Part shown: positions 40,120 to 54,081 of the stretch, one piece after another
Layout of the letters: every line of letters starts with the position of its first letter
How positions within the stretch are numbered: the stretch's first letter is position 1
Source: Podarcis tiliguerta
Taxonomy: Eukaryota
Reading direction: 5' to 3' (one strand)
Length of the DNA: 64,000 nt
NCBI GenBank assembly: GCA_965153285.1
Contig: OZ229110.1
Made by a program: the position numbers and the translations under genes
The notes under the pieces: generated by a model
The model's database searches: none
What the model was told of the DNA's origin: nothing
What the model saw: only the letters and a program-made list of their open reading frames with translations

Positions 40120-41770
40120 TTATACATTATGGACTTCCCAAAATGGTTTTGACAAAGCCCTATTCAGATGTTCCTCAATCATTTTCAGTTGCGCAAGGAA
40201 GGACGGAGGAGAGTGATGGTTTACTTGCTGCCTCCTCAGCCTCTGTTGCATTCCTGATTCAGAATCCTGATTGGGCTGGGTTCTAAATCACACATGGGGC
40301 ATCCACAAATAGAGCCAGCTCCTCACCACAGGCATTCGTCACCCAATGCACGCAGGGCATAAGAAGAGACCTGCTGGATCAGGCCCATCTAAGGCAGCAT
40401 CCTGTTCTCAGTGGCCAACAGGATGCCCATGGGATGTCTGCAAGTGGGAATACAACAGCATTCTTACCTACTTGTGATTCCCAGAAATCATGACACAGAG
40501 GCATAATACCTCCAACAGTGGATAGACAATGTAGCCATCATGGGCCCAACGGAGGGTTGCCCTGTGCATAGTGTATCGCCCTGGGATTGCTTTCCAATGA
40601 AATTCGGGCTTAAACTATTTAAATAAACAAGAAGGGAAATGCTTGAGCGGGAATACTTGAAAAGGACTTTAGTCTCTCACCAAAGGTTTCTGAGGGAACC
40701 TAGCAGTCATGTGATAAATCATTGGTTTAAAAACAAGATGTTAAGAGTAAGAGTTTTTAAGAGTTAAGAGTAAGAGCTGCTTCACAGTGGAAGGGATGGC
40801 AGGTAGGCATTGTGGTTCCTTAAAAGTAGGTTTTTAGCCAGGTACTATTTAACATTGATAAACAATCTGGAGTCAGGGATGAGCAAAAAGTAGCCAAGTT
40901 TGCAGATAAAACTAAGTAATTCATAAGCAGAAATAGCTCCAGCAGCCTGGGATGATCTCCAAATGGATCTATCCAAACTGGGCAAATGGGAAACAAAATG
41001 AATGAACGTCCGTGTAAGTAAGTGTAAACGTATACACATAGCTGCAAAGCACCAAACCCAATTTTGCATATGCACTGATAATATATGTCATGGCTGTGAT
41101 CAGTGCTATTTTTCTAGAAAAAGAAGTACTGCAGCTCACCACGAACTTCTCCCTTGTTCTCTTAGAATGGCAATGGCGCCCATTTGAGTGGTGCTGAATC
41201 TGAAAAAAAAGTCCTAGCTTTGACTCTCAAGAAAGTCATTCTGGGATTGTGGTGGATAGCCCAATGATAACAACTCAGTGTGCAGCTATAGAATAAGGGA
41301 AAGCTATAGACTCTTTGGCCCTCCAGGTGTTACCAAACTCCAGTTCCCATCAGCTCCAGCAAACATGGCTCGCTGACCAGAGATAATAGGAGCTGTAGTT
41401 TAGCAAGATCTAAAGGGCTAAAGGTTCCAATCCCTGCTATAGAGTTTGAGGGGTTTATTTGTTCAGAAAAAAGACAAAGGGGCAAGCTAGAGGTTAGAGT
41501 TGTGAGTGGTGTAGATAAAGTGAGAAAAGAGATGTTATTTTCTCCCCCATAATACGGGGATTTGAGGTTGCTCAATGAAATGGATGAATCTTTCAGGACT
41601 GGCAAATACAAAGACACGCTTCTTAACAGTCAATAATTAATTTATGGCATTCACTGCTAGTAGATGTGATGACCATTGGTCTAAATGCTTTTAGACACAT
41701 TTATGGAGGGTAGGTGTATCAATGGCTATTAGTTACGACAGCTAAATGGAACATTCAGATGCAGGCTGCC
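40120..41770 (+). mobile_element. Degenerate CR1 LINE fragments, interrupted by other repeats
   Basis: Decayed CR1 RT motifs: gacttccca...tttgacaaag (DFxKAFDK-like, ~40132), gtagccaagtttgcagataaaactaag (VAKFADxTK, ~40890) and VSKCKRIHI (~41013). Confidence 0.6.
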
Positions 41771-42492
41771 TCTGAATATCAGCTGGTTGGGAGCAGGAGG
41801 GCATACAACAGGAGATATTTCTTGACTTTATGCCCTACTTAGGCATAAAAGCATTCTTGGAGGTATCTGGCTGGCCAGTTCGTAACAGGATGCTGGGTTG
41901 AATGGATCACTTTGTGTGATCTAGAAGAGCTTCTCTTCTTAAGGTGGCCATGGACACAACAAACTTAAAGAGGGACCTCACACATGCCTTGCCATTTTAT
42001 AGTAGCAAGTTCCAAGAGTACTTTTCTCCCAGATATTTATTTCCCCACCACTCTTGGCAAAACTGTATCCAGTTCTACAAAAGGGGAACCATCTTTCTAA
42101 AACAAAAGATTCATCAAATGGGAAGAGAAAGTGAGTTCTGACACTATATATAAGCAATATATAATAAGCAAATCTCAGAATATTCATGTAAGCCCTTTCT
42201 ACTGGTAAATCACAGTCACGATGAATGTGAATATTACCTCTTTTTCAGGCACAAAATATTGCACAGGGAATGCTTGTGAAGTGCAATATTATTGCCATAA
42301 AAATATGACTTGGAGACCACACACAACAAATGCGAAACTAAGACACATTTATTGTGACAAAAACTGGCAAGTCCCTCCCTACACAACTTTCTCAAACAGT
42401 GTCCCTGCCACTTACCATTTATTTAATTGGATGTGAAAAGCATAGGACCATGCCAAGGTAACGTATGCCAAATCAGACTATTGGTCCATCTA

Positions 42493-42851
42493 AATGTAAA
42501 GGACCCCTGACAGTTAAGTCCAGTCGCAAAAGACTCTACGGTTGCAGCGCTCATCTCGCTTTACTGGCCGAGGGAGCTGGTGTTTGTCCGCAGACAGCTT
42601 CCAGGTCATGTGGCCAGCATGACTAAACCGCTTCTGGCAAACCAGAGCAGCACATGGAAACAACATTTACCTTCATGCCAGAGCGGTAAGTATTTATCTA
42701 CTTGCCCTTTGACATGCCTTCGAACTGCTAGGTTGGCAGGAGCAGGGACCGAGCAACAGGAGCTCACCCTGTCATGGGGATCTGAACCACTGACCTTCTG
42801 ATCGGCAAGTCCTAGGCTCTGTGGTTTAGACCACAGCGCCACCCACGTCCC
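42493..42851 (-). mobile_element. Sauria SINE with 13-bp TSD, nested in an older tRNA-derived SINE
   Basis: The TSD attggtccatcta is at 42480-42492 and 42852-42864. The flanks rejoin into a SINE-like sequence also seen near 50950-51136. Confidence 0.9.
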
Positions 42852-45276
42852 ATTGGTCCATCTAGCTCAGTGCTATTTACACTTACAGGCAGTGGTTTGC
42901 CAGGGTTTGGAAACCATACTTGTAAATGCCAGGGGTTGAACCTGGAATCCTCCAGATGCAAAGCAGATGTTCCATCACTGCACTATAGCCCTTTGCCTAG
43001 TTACACACGTACGCGCACGCACACTCTATATTGAAAATAGTGGTAAATGCTGCCTGTCAGGAGAGGCAGTTCCATGCACTGTTTTTATTGAGTCACAGCG
43101 GATTCATTGTTTTAGCTATGTCACTACTGCACAAAATAATTAGGGCATAATGCCCCCATCTGCTGCATACCATATTTCATCTTGGCACATCAGCCCTTTA
43201 CGGAAGCTTTGCTACATTCTTCTATTGTACCAAAGCCGCTGCAAAGGGTAACAGTTAAGGGACTCGTTTGTGCATTGTCACGATGCACAAGTGATAAGGA
43301 ACCTCAACGGGGCCTCAGGAGGAGCCAATTTCTTTGATAAGAAGGAAAATGGCAAAAGGTTCTAGTATGTATCAGTTTACAGGATTAAAACAAAGAAAGC
43401 AAGTCGTTTGTCAAATTCAGCAAGATGTCCACATATTTCTCTGCAGCACGGTGCTCCTGTTTGCTGGGTTGGCTCTCTTTCCTCCTCCATGACCCTATTT
43501 CTTAAATGTGTAATAAGGCCCTTCCTAAGGAAATGTAGCAAGTTTCTATGGATGAAACGAGCTCCTCACCAACTGTTATGCAAGCAGTGTTTTATGAACA
43601 AGGCAGAGTGCCAACCTGTCCTACTCTTACAATTGGTTCAATGTGGACAACGATATACTACTTCCGCTTATTCAGCTGAGCAACTGGGCTTGGAGACAAA
43701 GCAACTCATTTGTTTTCCAACAGCTCTTTGCTACTCAATGGCCTTCCCAATGGAGATGCCTAAATGTTTACTTCCACCAAAATACATCAAGAGTTAGCGC
43801 TCCCTCCTAATTGTATATCCTGAATTTGAGATAGCTTCAGGATCCAGCAATTTTCCCCCCACCTGGACTTAACATACTGTTAGGCTGTGTTATGTGTATG
43901 GCGCATTGTGGCCAAGCTGTCTTTGATGAAACTCTTAGATCCCAGTCAAAAGATAATCCTGCCTGCTGCAATTTACACACAGCTACTCAGGTAAGCCAAG
44001 TACTATTAGCTTTAACAAAACTAATACCCTGCTAGAAGAGTGCAGTTGAATTTGTACCTGAAAATCCCAGGTATCATTAGACCTTCTTTGTATTCTTTAC
44101 CACAGATGCCATGCTAAAGAACACTAGAGTGCTGAAGTCTATGCTTTCTAAAAACTTGTGCAGTGACAGAATTAAAATAGTATCATTATTTATGACTTGA
44201 AACTGATTTACCATTAAGGGAATTTCAGTATATTAAGCACTTTCAATTTATCTAATTTTTAAATTAAAGACATACCCCTAGATCTAGAGCTCCATGTGTG
44301 CCCTGAAGTACAGATAGAGCTTCGCCATGAATGGGCTTTCCAATCCATGTGAGAGATTGGTAGTTCAGAGTGACAATTCACAACACAAAAACCAAACGCA
44401 ATAAATGTCTTTAAGGCTGCTATTTTCAGATCATTTATTCGGGAATTGCCCCATTGAAAGACTTAAGTGGTTTGAGGTTTGCAGTACAATTATTTATTAT
44501 TATTTTACTCAGAGCACTTTTCTGTTTCTCGCTTTGACACAAAAAGGAAGGTTTCTTGAAGAAAGAAAATCAAAGTTCCTTTGCCTCTTATCTGGGAGGG
44601 CGAGGGAGGAAGCATACAGTGAGAAATGCCAAGGTAATAAAAATAAGATGTTACCAATTCCATTCACAGTTTCACTCAATAAAGCAAGTTAGGCCAACAA
44701 CACATTCTCAGACTCCTGTAACCAGTAGGAGACTTAAGCAGTGCCATTATTCCTAGCACCAGGAGTTGTATTATATCCTTTGTCAACATTTCATCAACAC
44801 ATTCTCTCTTTTGGACACTTGCAGTGTGATAGGAAACGGGAAACTTATGTAAGATTTGTAAATGTCTACGGGTTCCTCCTACACATACACAACAAAACTG
44901 CTCTTTTATCAGCATCAGAGTTGACAACAGATGTACGCCTAGAGCAAATTTGGGAAGGTGGCAATTTTTCCTGAGGTGAAACATCTGAGGAGTTTCAAGG
45001 GGAGCAAAAAAAAAAGTCTCAGAACATGAACATTTCTTCAGCGGGTTCCTGCACATCTCAAATATTTGTTTGGGTTTCTGTTGAGAGATTATTACACAGA
45101 CAAGGACTTGGTTTTAGAGCTACTAAAGACAACACCCATAATGAAAATAAAACAACAATTTACTTTTAATTATAATCTGAATTCCAAATATTTACTGAGT
45201 GGTTGTGGGGAGGGGGGTATATGTGTGTGTTCGATAATGTTGTGAGGAAACATGTTACCTATTGATATATGTCACA

Positions 45277-45421
45277 AGCTGAGGTGGGGAACTTGTGGCT
45301 CCCTAGTTTTTATTGTTGTTGGAGTACAGCTCCCATCATCCTTGACCGATGGCCAGGCCAGCCAGGGCTGATGGAAGTTGGAGTCCAGCAACATATGGAG
45401 AGCCATGGGATTCCCATCCTT
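45277..45421. repeat. Short palindromic MITE-like repeat (related copies at about 4975-5110, 41305-41437, 46410-46530 and 58195-58312)
   Basis: Recurring hairpin ctacaactcccatcatcc...gggctgatgggagttg. Boundaries are approximate. Confidence 0.6.
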
Positions 45422-45847
45422 GGTTCTGGGCAAACTGAATCACAGGCTTTTTCGTTTTCCTTTTTACATCAACTGTAGTTAAAATCTACTCTTTTAGGTG
45501 TGGTTTCAGATCCTATTATACTAGAAACAAATGAATAGTACCATTACATCTCTGCCTGCCAGCTTTTCTCCCACATAGCTAGCTATAAAGCTGTTGTTCA
45601 AAGCTGAAAAGAACATACTATGCTCTCAGAAGTACTGTGTTTAACTCACAAATGTACATAATACCCTCTCAGATGCTTAGCTGAACTACATTTTCCTTCA
45701 ATAATATTATCCATGTTTCACTTGCCCACATCAATCTATACACGCTCTTATTTAGTACATTGATTGTGTGCCCTCATCACAAATGAATGATTGTAAAATG
45801 TTGTGGGTGATGACTTGGGTACCATGACCATTTGATAACTCCTAAGA

Positions 45848-46098
45848 CAGGGGTAGGCAAACTTAGGCCCAGGGGCCGGATGCGGCCCAATCGCCTTCTC
45901 AATCCAGCCCGCGGGTGGTCCGGGAATCAGCATGTTTTTACATGAGTAGAATGTATTATTTATTTAAAATGCATCTCTAGCTTATTTGTGGGGCATAGGA
46001 ATTCACTCATTATTATTTTTTCAAAATATAGTCTGGCCCCCCACATGGTCTGAGGGACGGTGGACCGGCCCATGGCTGAAAAAGGTTGCTGACCCCTG
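45848..46098. mobile_element. hAT MITE family A, copy 3
   Basis: Ends caggggtaggcaaact and aggttgctgacccctg; 8-bp TSD tcctaaga. Confidence 0.88.
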
Positions 46099-47326
46099 TC
46101 CTAAGAGTTGCAAAATGGGTAAATTTTATATACTGATCACAAGAACTGCTTTGGGAAGTGTGGCAATATCCTTCCTTTATTCATCCTTCCCATCAAGCTA
46201 ATTCTCACGTTGCAGCCTGGAACATGGGGGGACACAATGTTCCCCTTCAACTTCTGATCGATACTTAGGTCCTGCTGACAGTCAAGAAGAGACTATGTGC
46301 TTTTGATTTATTCCTTTCTCTTTGTCCCCACTACCCATTTTTCAACACACTCATGATCTAACTCCATGCTAGACAGGAGATCTCTAATCCGCTCTCCTGA
46401 TGCTTAGAGCTGGGCTGGGGGACATGTGGCCATTCAGATGTTGTTGGACTACAATTCCCAGGCACCCTTGGACATTGGTCTCCCTGCCTGGAGCTGATGG
46501 GAGTTGGAGTCCAACAACGTCTGGAAGACAAGGCAGAGCTAGAAGACCAATGGTCTGACTCAGGGTAAGCCAGTTTCCTATGTTCCTAGGTAGGCTCCCC
46601 GCACTATTTAGAGCTTTGCATGACTTGGGTTCTAAATGGCATGTAGAGCCCACATGCCCAAATCAGGCTCCTTGCTGTACACCTTCACCCTCCGATGCAC
46701 GGGGGACAGTGGGACCAAGCCATTAGGGGTATACACAGCCCTCATTTCCCTCACACATGTTCAGCACTAAACTTTTAAACAAAACTTCTGCTTCCCTAAC
46801 GCCTCGTGCTACTGATATTTATGAGAACGGTAAAATTGTGAGTCTGAGATACGCCTGAGCTCTGCAGCAATGATAATATGGCAGAGCTTGCTCCTGTCCT
46901 TGTCAAATCCCTCTGGAAAGGGATCCTTTATTAATGAAGCCGAAAGAGATTTTTCTATTGACCTTAACCAAGCTGTTGAGCAAGAATGGAAATTGCATCT
47001 GGCAGAAAATGTATGTACATTATACAACAGCTCCAATCATGTGCCAGTCACAAATACCTTATGGTTTTAAATGTATTTTATGTTTCCAATAAAAAGAGGA
47101 AGAATGCACAAGGGAGATGGAAGCAACTATACTAACAAAAGATAAATTTTAAAATGTGTTGCATCCTTAATACTTTATATTTTATTTATAGGAGAGTTAC
47201 CTATTTGCTTAGAGTAGAGCTTTTGGTACAGCCTAAGATCTTGGCTCAGGGTACAGCAAAAGGAACTTTTGTGCACAGAGTGGGAGTCACTTATTTGTTC
47301 TGTCTGCACACACTTCTTTTTATTTA

Positions 47327-47585
47327 CCGTATTTTTCGCTCTATAAGACGCACCAGACCACAAGACGCACCTAGTTTATGGAGGAGGAAAACAAGAAAAA
47401 ATATATTCTGAATCTCAGAAGCCAGAACAGCAAGAGGGATCGCTGCACAGTGAAAGCAGCAATCCCTCTTGCTGTTCTGGCTTCTGGGATAGCTGCGCAG
47501 CCTGCATTTGCTCCATAAGACGCACACACATTTCCCCTTACTTTTTAGGAGGGGAAAAGTGAGTCTTATAGAGCAAAAAATACGG
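47327..47585. mobile_element. Tc1/mariner-pogo type MITE
   Basis: 23-bp TIR ccgtatttttcgctctataagac (1 mismatch), TA on both sides, and a long internal inverted repeat at about 47416-47487. Confidence 0.85.
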
Positions 47586-47589
47586 TACT

Positions 47590-48730
47590 TATTATTTATT
47601 TCAACATTGCATATACCTCTTAACCCCGTAGTCTCTATGCAGTGCATAGTGAGGTTATAAAAGAAACAACACAGATAAAGCCAGCTAAAATGAATAATAA
47701 AACCAAAGCGCTAACTTTAAATGGCAGCTGAAATAAAAAGGTACCAGAAGTTCACCAGGAAGGCACATGTTGAATCTTAGCTGGGAGGGAGTTCTATAAA
47801 ATTGGGCCCATAATACTAAATATACAACTGCTTGTGGGTGTGAGCTGTGTGTCCAAGCCATGGGGGGTCATTAACAGACTTCTCCCAAGACCTCAGTGAT
47901 TTAGCAGGGACGTACGGAATCAGGTGGTCCCCTAAGATTTCCTGGACCCAAGTTGCTAAGGGCCTGGTAAATTAATAAAAAATATATTGAATTTGTCCTG
48001 GTAGCATATAGGCAACCAGTACAAGTCTTCTAGCATCAGAGTTATATTATGGTAGTAGTCTGTTTCCACCAATCGTCTAAGCGTGGCATTTTGAGGTCTG
48101 GGAGGGCAAAACCGCCTCTTTATTTTATATCTGTAAGTAACTTATGCTTTATCCTTGGCCTTTTGCACCAGTTGCAGCTTCCAGACCAAACTCATCGCAG
48201 TAAACAAGACTTGAAGTTACCAATAAAGTTAAGACAGTTGAACAAGCTTCCTCAGGAGTTGGTGGGCTCTCTTCACTGGAGGTTTCTGAGCACAGGTTGG
48301 ATGGCCATCTGTCATGGATGATTTAGTTGAGATTCCTGCATTGCAGAGCATTGGAATTCCTTCCAATTCTATGATTCTATGAATGCATGAATCACTGTGG
48401 CCAGGCTACCCCTGTCCAAGAATGGCTGCAGTTGGTGTACCAGCCATAGTTGGTAAAGGGCACTCCTAGCCACTGAAACTATCTCAGCCTCCAGTGACAA
48501 AGATGATCCAGGACCAACCTTAAACTATGAACTTGTTCTTTCAAAGGGAGTCCAACCCCATCCAGAACAGGCAACTTGGCCCATCACCCAGATAAGGGAA
48601 CATCCATCAACAATGCCACCATTTTTTCCAGTGTTCAAACTCAGTATATTGGCCCTCGTCCAGTCCACTACAGCACCCAAAGAATAATCCAAAGCATACA
48701 TAGCCTCTCTTGACTCAGACATTATTGTGA
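47590..48730 (-). mobile_element. Degenerate L2-type LINE 3' fragment, interrupted by a CR1 3' end at about 48215-48382
   Basis: The minus translation AVVDWTRANILSLNTGK resembles the L2 RT end (W..N.L.LN..K). There is an aataaat-type tail near 47590. The insert ends in the CR1 tail ttctatgattctatga. Confidence 0.55.
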
Positions 48731-50227
48731 AAACGAACTCTAGAGGGACAGGGGAATCACAGAGGGACTTTTTAATAAGCACAGTGGGCTGCAGCTACAG
48801 GGAAACTGAAGGTTCCCCCTCTCTGGACAACTTGAAGTGCTTCTCACTTGCTCAGTGGGGTTTTTTTATCTTTGCCAATGTATAGTAAAACAAAAACAAA
48901 AACTGCAGGCTTCTTGCTGCCATGCTAAGTAGGCACTGACATCTGGAATTTTTTTAGGTACAGACAACAAAATTTAGAGCAAACGTCCCATCTCTTATGC
49001 TCAGGAACCATTGCCTACCCTACTGAGATAATGAAGATGGAAACCAGGAAGCATTTATGACAGTGAATCGCCTTAACACAAATAATACTTTTTATAATAA
49101 CATGATAATACTTTGTATGCATTCTGGGAGCTGGAAAAGTTTTAAAACTGTTCAAAGTGTTCACATCCTTTCCCTCAGGTAATCCTCTATAATGCTGTAG
49201 GAATTATTCTTTGTTCTACAGGAAAGGGTAATGAAGGCTACCTGTCAAATCCTGCCGTTATTCTGCTGCACAATGCAAGCCTTCTCTCAGCTGCCCAGAC
49301 ACCTATCAACCCTCTGTATGCACTTCTTCATACACTGAATACCAACCTCCAGGAAAAGAATGAAAGCAGAACCTATTCTGACCTTTCCTGCCAGCTGGGG
49401 TCGACCTTTCCGACCTCATTAGAGGGCCGAGTACGGAAGCCTAAATAAAGAGTTGTTGATACACTTGAGGGTGAATTAGAAGAAGCAGGAATTTGTCCGG
49501 CTAAGGAGCAACTATACTTTTTCCCCAAAGCACTGAGTTACTGTGCATTTTCTATCGTTTTGCTTGTTTGCTTTTGTTTATTTTCTATATACATACAAAA
49601 AAAAATAGTTATGCCAAAAAAACCAGATTACCAAACATCGCAAAAAATAATTGATAAGAAGAAAAATACGAAGAAAATTATACATATAGCAGAAAACAAA
49701 AGAGAAAAAAAGAAAAAGAATTATAAAGATTAGAAAAAAGTCAGAAGAAAACTAGAAAAAATTGACTTCCTTCGACCTCTGTACAGTCTATATGGTCTCG
49801 TATCTTAGGTTGTCTGTAATCATTTTAAATTTTATGGAGAGATAATTTGTTTACCTGTGGAGTTTTTAGTCTAGACTAAGCCAGTCATAGTTTTGGGAAC
49901 CGACATTCTTCATATAATTTGTAAATTATATGAGTTACTGTACATTTTCATCAGACAGCCCAAGAGATTATCGTTTTCCTCTTCCATTTTCCATGCACAG
50001 AGAAACAAAAGACAAAAAGATGGAGACTACAATGCTCTTCATCCAGAGCAGACCCATTTACTTCAATGGGATTCCCTCAGAGTAAACGGGACATGGAACA
50101 TACCTGAGATGCACATTAAAACCAGTGAAAGAATGGCTAAGATTACAGGCCGCACTAAGTATGCAGGGCTGCGTGTGGGTCTTGGGCAGATTCAGATTTT
50201 CATCAGACATTTCCGCACAGTGTAAAA

Positions 50228-50561
50228 AGGTAAAGGTGAAGGACCCCTGACAGTTAAGTCTAGTTGCGAACAACTCTGGGGTTGCAGTGCTCATCTCACT
50301 TTACCGGCCAAGGGAGCTGACATTTGTCCACAGACAGTTTTTCCGGGTCATGTGGCCAGCATGACTAAGCCGCTTCTGGTGAAACCAGAGCAGCGCACGG
50401 AAACACCGTTTACCTTCCCGCCAGAGTGATACCTATTTATCTACTTGCACTTTGACGTGCTTTCGAACTGCTAGGTTGGCAGGAGCTGGGACCGAGCAAC
50501 GGGAGCTCACCCCGTCACAGGGATTTGAACCACCGGCCTTCTGATCGGCAAGCCCAAGGCT
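50228..50561 (-). mobile_element. Sauria SINE, slightly 5'-truncated
   Basis: Body as above. The flanking repeat cagtgtaaaa is at 50218-50227 and 50562-50571. Confidence 0.88.
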
Positions 50562-50949
50562 CAGTGTAAAACCAAGGCAATCAGGGACATCACACATTAC
50601 AATTTTAGCAAAGCAGCTATTTCCATATGGGCAAGTCCCATGTCATTCTGGCATCATGCAGAATGGGAGTGTGTGGTATAGAAGGTAGAAAAGGGAAGGG
50701 AAAGGAAGGCCCTTCAATAAATAAATTTGAGAAGCTCTGCTTTTACTCAAAGTGGTACGCTAAATGGTGATTTGCATGAATAATGAGGGATCCACATAGG
50801 TCGGTTAAAGGCCAGTTTATTCAACCTTCTAAATTAAGGTACCATTAATTTGATTTTTTTTATTGCAATTTGGGGGGGGGGGAATAAATAAATCATGAAT
50901 ATTTGATCATGAGCCTTGGGGTTGTGTTTAAGTATAATAAATCCAGAAG

Positions 50950-51136
50950 GGAACACAAGAAACTGCCTTATACTGATTCAGGCATTTGGGTCCATTTAGC
51001 TCAGCAGTGTTTACACTGCGTGGCAATGGCTCTCTAGGATTTCAGACAGGGAGTCTCTCTGAGTCTTACCTGGATTGAACCAAGGTCCATCTGCATGCAA
51101 GGCAGATGCTATAGATCTGAGCTAAATTCCGTCCCC
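50950..51136 (-). mobile_element. Older tRNA-derived SINE (related copies at about 7110-7325, 14255-14430 and 42440-42992)
   Basis: Shared ggtccatctagctcag...ggattgaacc...gcatgcaaggcagatgct segments, with a tRNA-like head on the minus strand. Boundaries are approximate. Confidence 0.55.
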
Positions 51137-51905
51137 ATAAAGCAGAACCATGGAGATAAACAAAATGAGAGGGGTTATTTACCTGTATTTCCTATGGTGC
51201 TTTCCTGCTCAGTGAACCCACCAGGTGGTTTTGAAGGGTGGGGTTATATTGTTGGTTCTTGAGGCGTTTTGTTTCTTCATACAAGTTATGCCTCTGCTGT
51301 AGCAAGTTGACGCTTACTTAAATGTCTCTTTTGCAGCACCAGTGCCTATATAATCCCGCCTCTTTACATATATAAATTTGTGTCCCTTGTAGCCCCATTT
51401 CATTCAAAAGGTGAGCTGGTATCAATTTTCACAGCTGCAGGGTCAGGGACCTTATGATGGTTCCCGTTCAGCTGTCCTCACCGCAGAAGCAGGATTTAAT
51501 GACATGGTGGTATAAAACAGCTGAGTCTCAGCTTTACTACATCTTTCATTGTTGATACTCAGGCATAAATAAATAAGGAATCTGATGTTTGCCATGTAGT
51601 CACAGGCGCTTAAAGCATTATCTTGCAAGCTGGAACTTCATATTACACCCAGCCATCCCAAAAATAATGATTTATCTTTGAAACATCTGCTTTTACTACA
51701 GACTTTGTTTCTTGTCCCCCCCCCCCCCTTTAAAGCTTGCAAGGTTCACTGGAGGAAAGCTCTTCTGCTGTATGACCAGGGGAAAATGAGAAGTAAAATT
51801 ATAATCACCTAGCAATTACTCCCTTTTATGTGGAGCAACACTGCACCTGTATAATTAACTATACATCTTTCAAAGATTTCCTCTAAGCCCCTCCATGTGA
51901 TACCA

Positions 51906-51943
51906 GGAGGAAGAGGAGGAGGAGGAGGAGGAGGAGGAGGAGA
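51906..51943. repeat. (GGA)n microsatellite
   Basis: Directly visible. Confidence 0.9.
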
Positions 51944-53637
51944 AAACTAAGACCAGCAGCTTTCAGTGTGAGACATTGACTCAATCAAAAGTCATCCCCG
52001 ACATCAAAGAATGCCTCTGATTACCCTTACTCACTGATTAACATACCATTACAGCAGTGATTGGTGTTGACATTTCTGAAGGAGGACAATCCACAGGAGG
52101 TGATAGTCTAAAGCACTGCCATATACTATGGCGTCAACAATTTGCCATCTCATAGTTTGAATGTATCTCATAGTGTGAATGTATAGGTGTATAATCCTTA
52201 TGGATGAAAAAGAAAAGTTGCCTGTAGGGATGGGGGTGCAATTCAATCTAAGTCACAGTTTTCAATACAACCAAGTAAAAGTGTGTATATTAGGGAAAGG
52301 TGAGTATAAAATGCATATACTAGGGCATACAAAAATACATTATATTGGGATAAATTGCTTGCAAAAGTGTATTAAAATGCTGGTGAATTTTCAAGGGTAT
52401 TTGGAACTGTTTGGAACTGAATTTAAGGCAGAAAAAAATTTGAAACTGACAGATTTGTCTATCGCTTACTGACAGTTCTTGGATTCTGACAAGGAGGGCA
52501 AAGGCTGCATGCAGAAATACTGTTTAATATCGTTTGTAAAGGCTTCGGCCTTAAGAGATCAATTATTTTTCCCCTTCAGCACCTCCTGCCTTGGAAGTGG
52601 TGGTCTAGGGATAGGATCAGGCAGAAGAGCAAAGCTGCTACTAAGAAGACCTGGGCAAAACACACACACACTTTAAAAAACATTTAAAACTCACAGGTCA
52701 GGTACGTAAGTTTTAATAGGAAACAAAACAGCGCTACTTAACTAGTTCACTCTTAGCATGATAATGGGAGGGTGCTGCTAAGAGATAACCATTCTAAAAA
52801 CAAAATTGGCACGGCTAAACTGTCATGGTAACAAATCACACACCAGTGAGCAGTCATATCTTCACAGAATGTGAGCAGCATAATGCTCCGTTGTTCCCTT
52901 CTGAGGGGGATTGTTCCCTTATTCTATAATGGGCAAACCACCCAAATAATGACAGAGAAAGGAAGCAGCACAGCTCCTCTGCCAAACCCTCTGCACAACT
53001 GTAGGCATGATTCCAAAGAAGCTCTGCATAAACCTTTAATTAAGAAAGCCACCCTCCAGATAATTAATGAATGTGCTCCAAAACCTTTTCATGACCAAAG
53101 TCCACAGAAGGAATCCCTCAGCAATTTCGAGCCATGTCAGGTCTCTGAAATAAAATCCAAAAGCCCCAACCCATAATATGACACAAAAAAGGAAAAAGAA
53201 ACCCATTGGTAACCAATGCAGCTAAGTTAACCATGACTAAATTTTTAGTAAACTTGGCCATCAATTTCTCTGCCATCTGTAGTTAAAGCTGCAGTAGCTT
53301 GGCTAAGAACTGTTAGAAACAATGAGCAGGAACATTGACTTCCTAAGAGTAAGAAAAAATGGTAACAAGTATTAATTTAGAACTACCAACACCATAATCC
53401 TCATCATGTTTACTCTGGGGTTTATCTGAAATTGCTCAGAAAATAATTTCCCAACAAAGTTTTTTTTGGGGGGGCGGGGGGAATATTATTTTAGGTCTGC
53501 CTGAACTGCTGACGAATGTCAGTCCTCCGCTGGAGAATAATGAATGAAATTAACTCCCCATCCTGTATCACTGCCACTATACAGAATGGAGAATTTTGAG
53601 AGGCCATTTTTGCTCAGCTTCAGTTTTCTAAGAAGTA

Positions 53638-54002
53638 CAGTGGTGCCTCGCAAGACGAAAAGAATCCGTTCCGCGAGTCTCTTCGTCTAGCGGTTTTTTT
53701 GTCTTGTGAAGCAACCCCATTAGCGGATTAGCGGATTAGCGCTATTAGCGGTTTAGCGGCTATTAGTGGCTATTAAAGGCTTAAGGGATTAGCGGATTAG
53801 CTGCTAAAAGGCTATTAGCAGCTTAGTGCCTTAGAAAAAGGGGGTGGGGAGCGAAAAAAAATCGCATGAACTCGCAAGACATTTTCGTCTTGCGAAGCAA
53901 GCCCATAGGAAATTCGTTTTGCGAAGCACCTCCAAAATGGAAAACCCTTTCGTCTAGCGGGTTTTCCGTCTTGCGAGGCATTCGTCTTGCGGGGCACCAC
54001 TG
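53638..54002. mobile_element. Tc1/mariner (Tigger-like) MITE
   Basis: 22-bp TIR cagtggtgcctcgcaagacgaa (1 mismatch), TA TSD, and an internal degenerate ttagcgga tandem array. Confidence 0.87.
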
Positions 54003-54034
54003 TATATTACACTTAGTCTAATGAGACTAATTTC

Positions 54035-54035
<1 letters not shown>

Positions 54036-54081
<46 letters not shown>
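54036..54081. repeat. (TTA)n microsatellite
   Basis: Directly visible. Confidence 0.95.

Noticed and set aside
53715-53835. Short repeat array resembling CRISPR or telomeric repeats
   Set aside because: It is a degenerate ttagcgga tandem array inside a TA-flanked MITE, with no spacers, in a vertebrate context.
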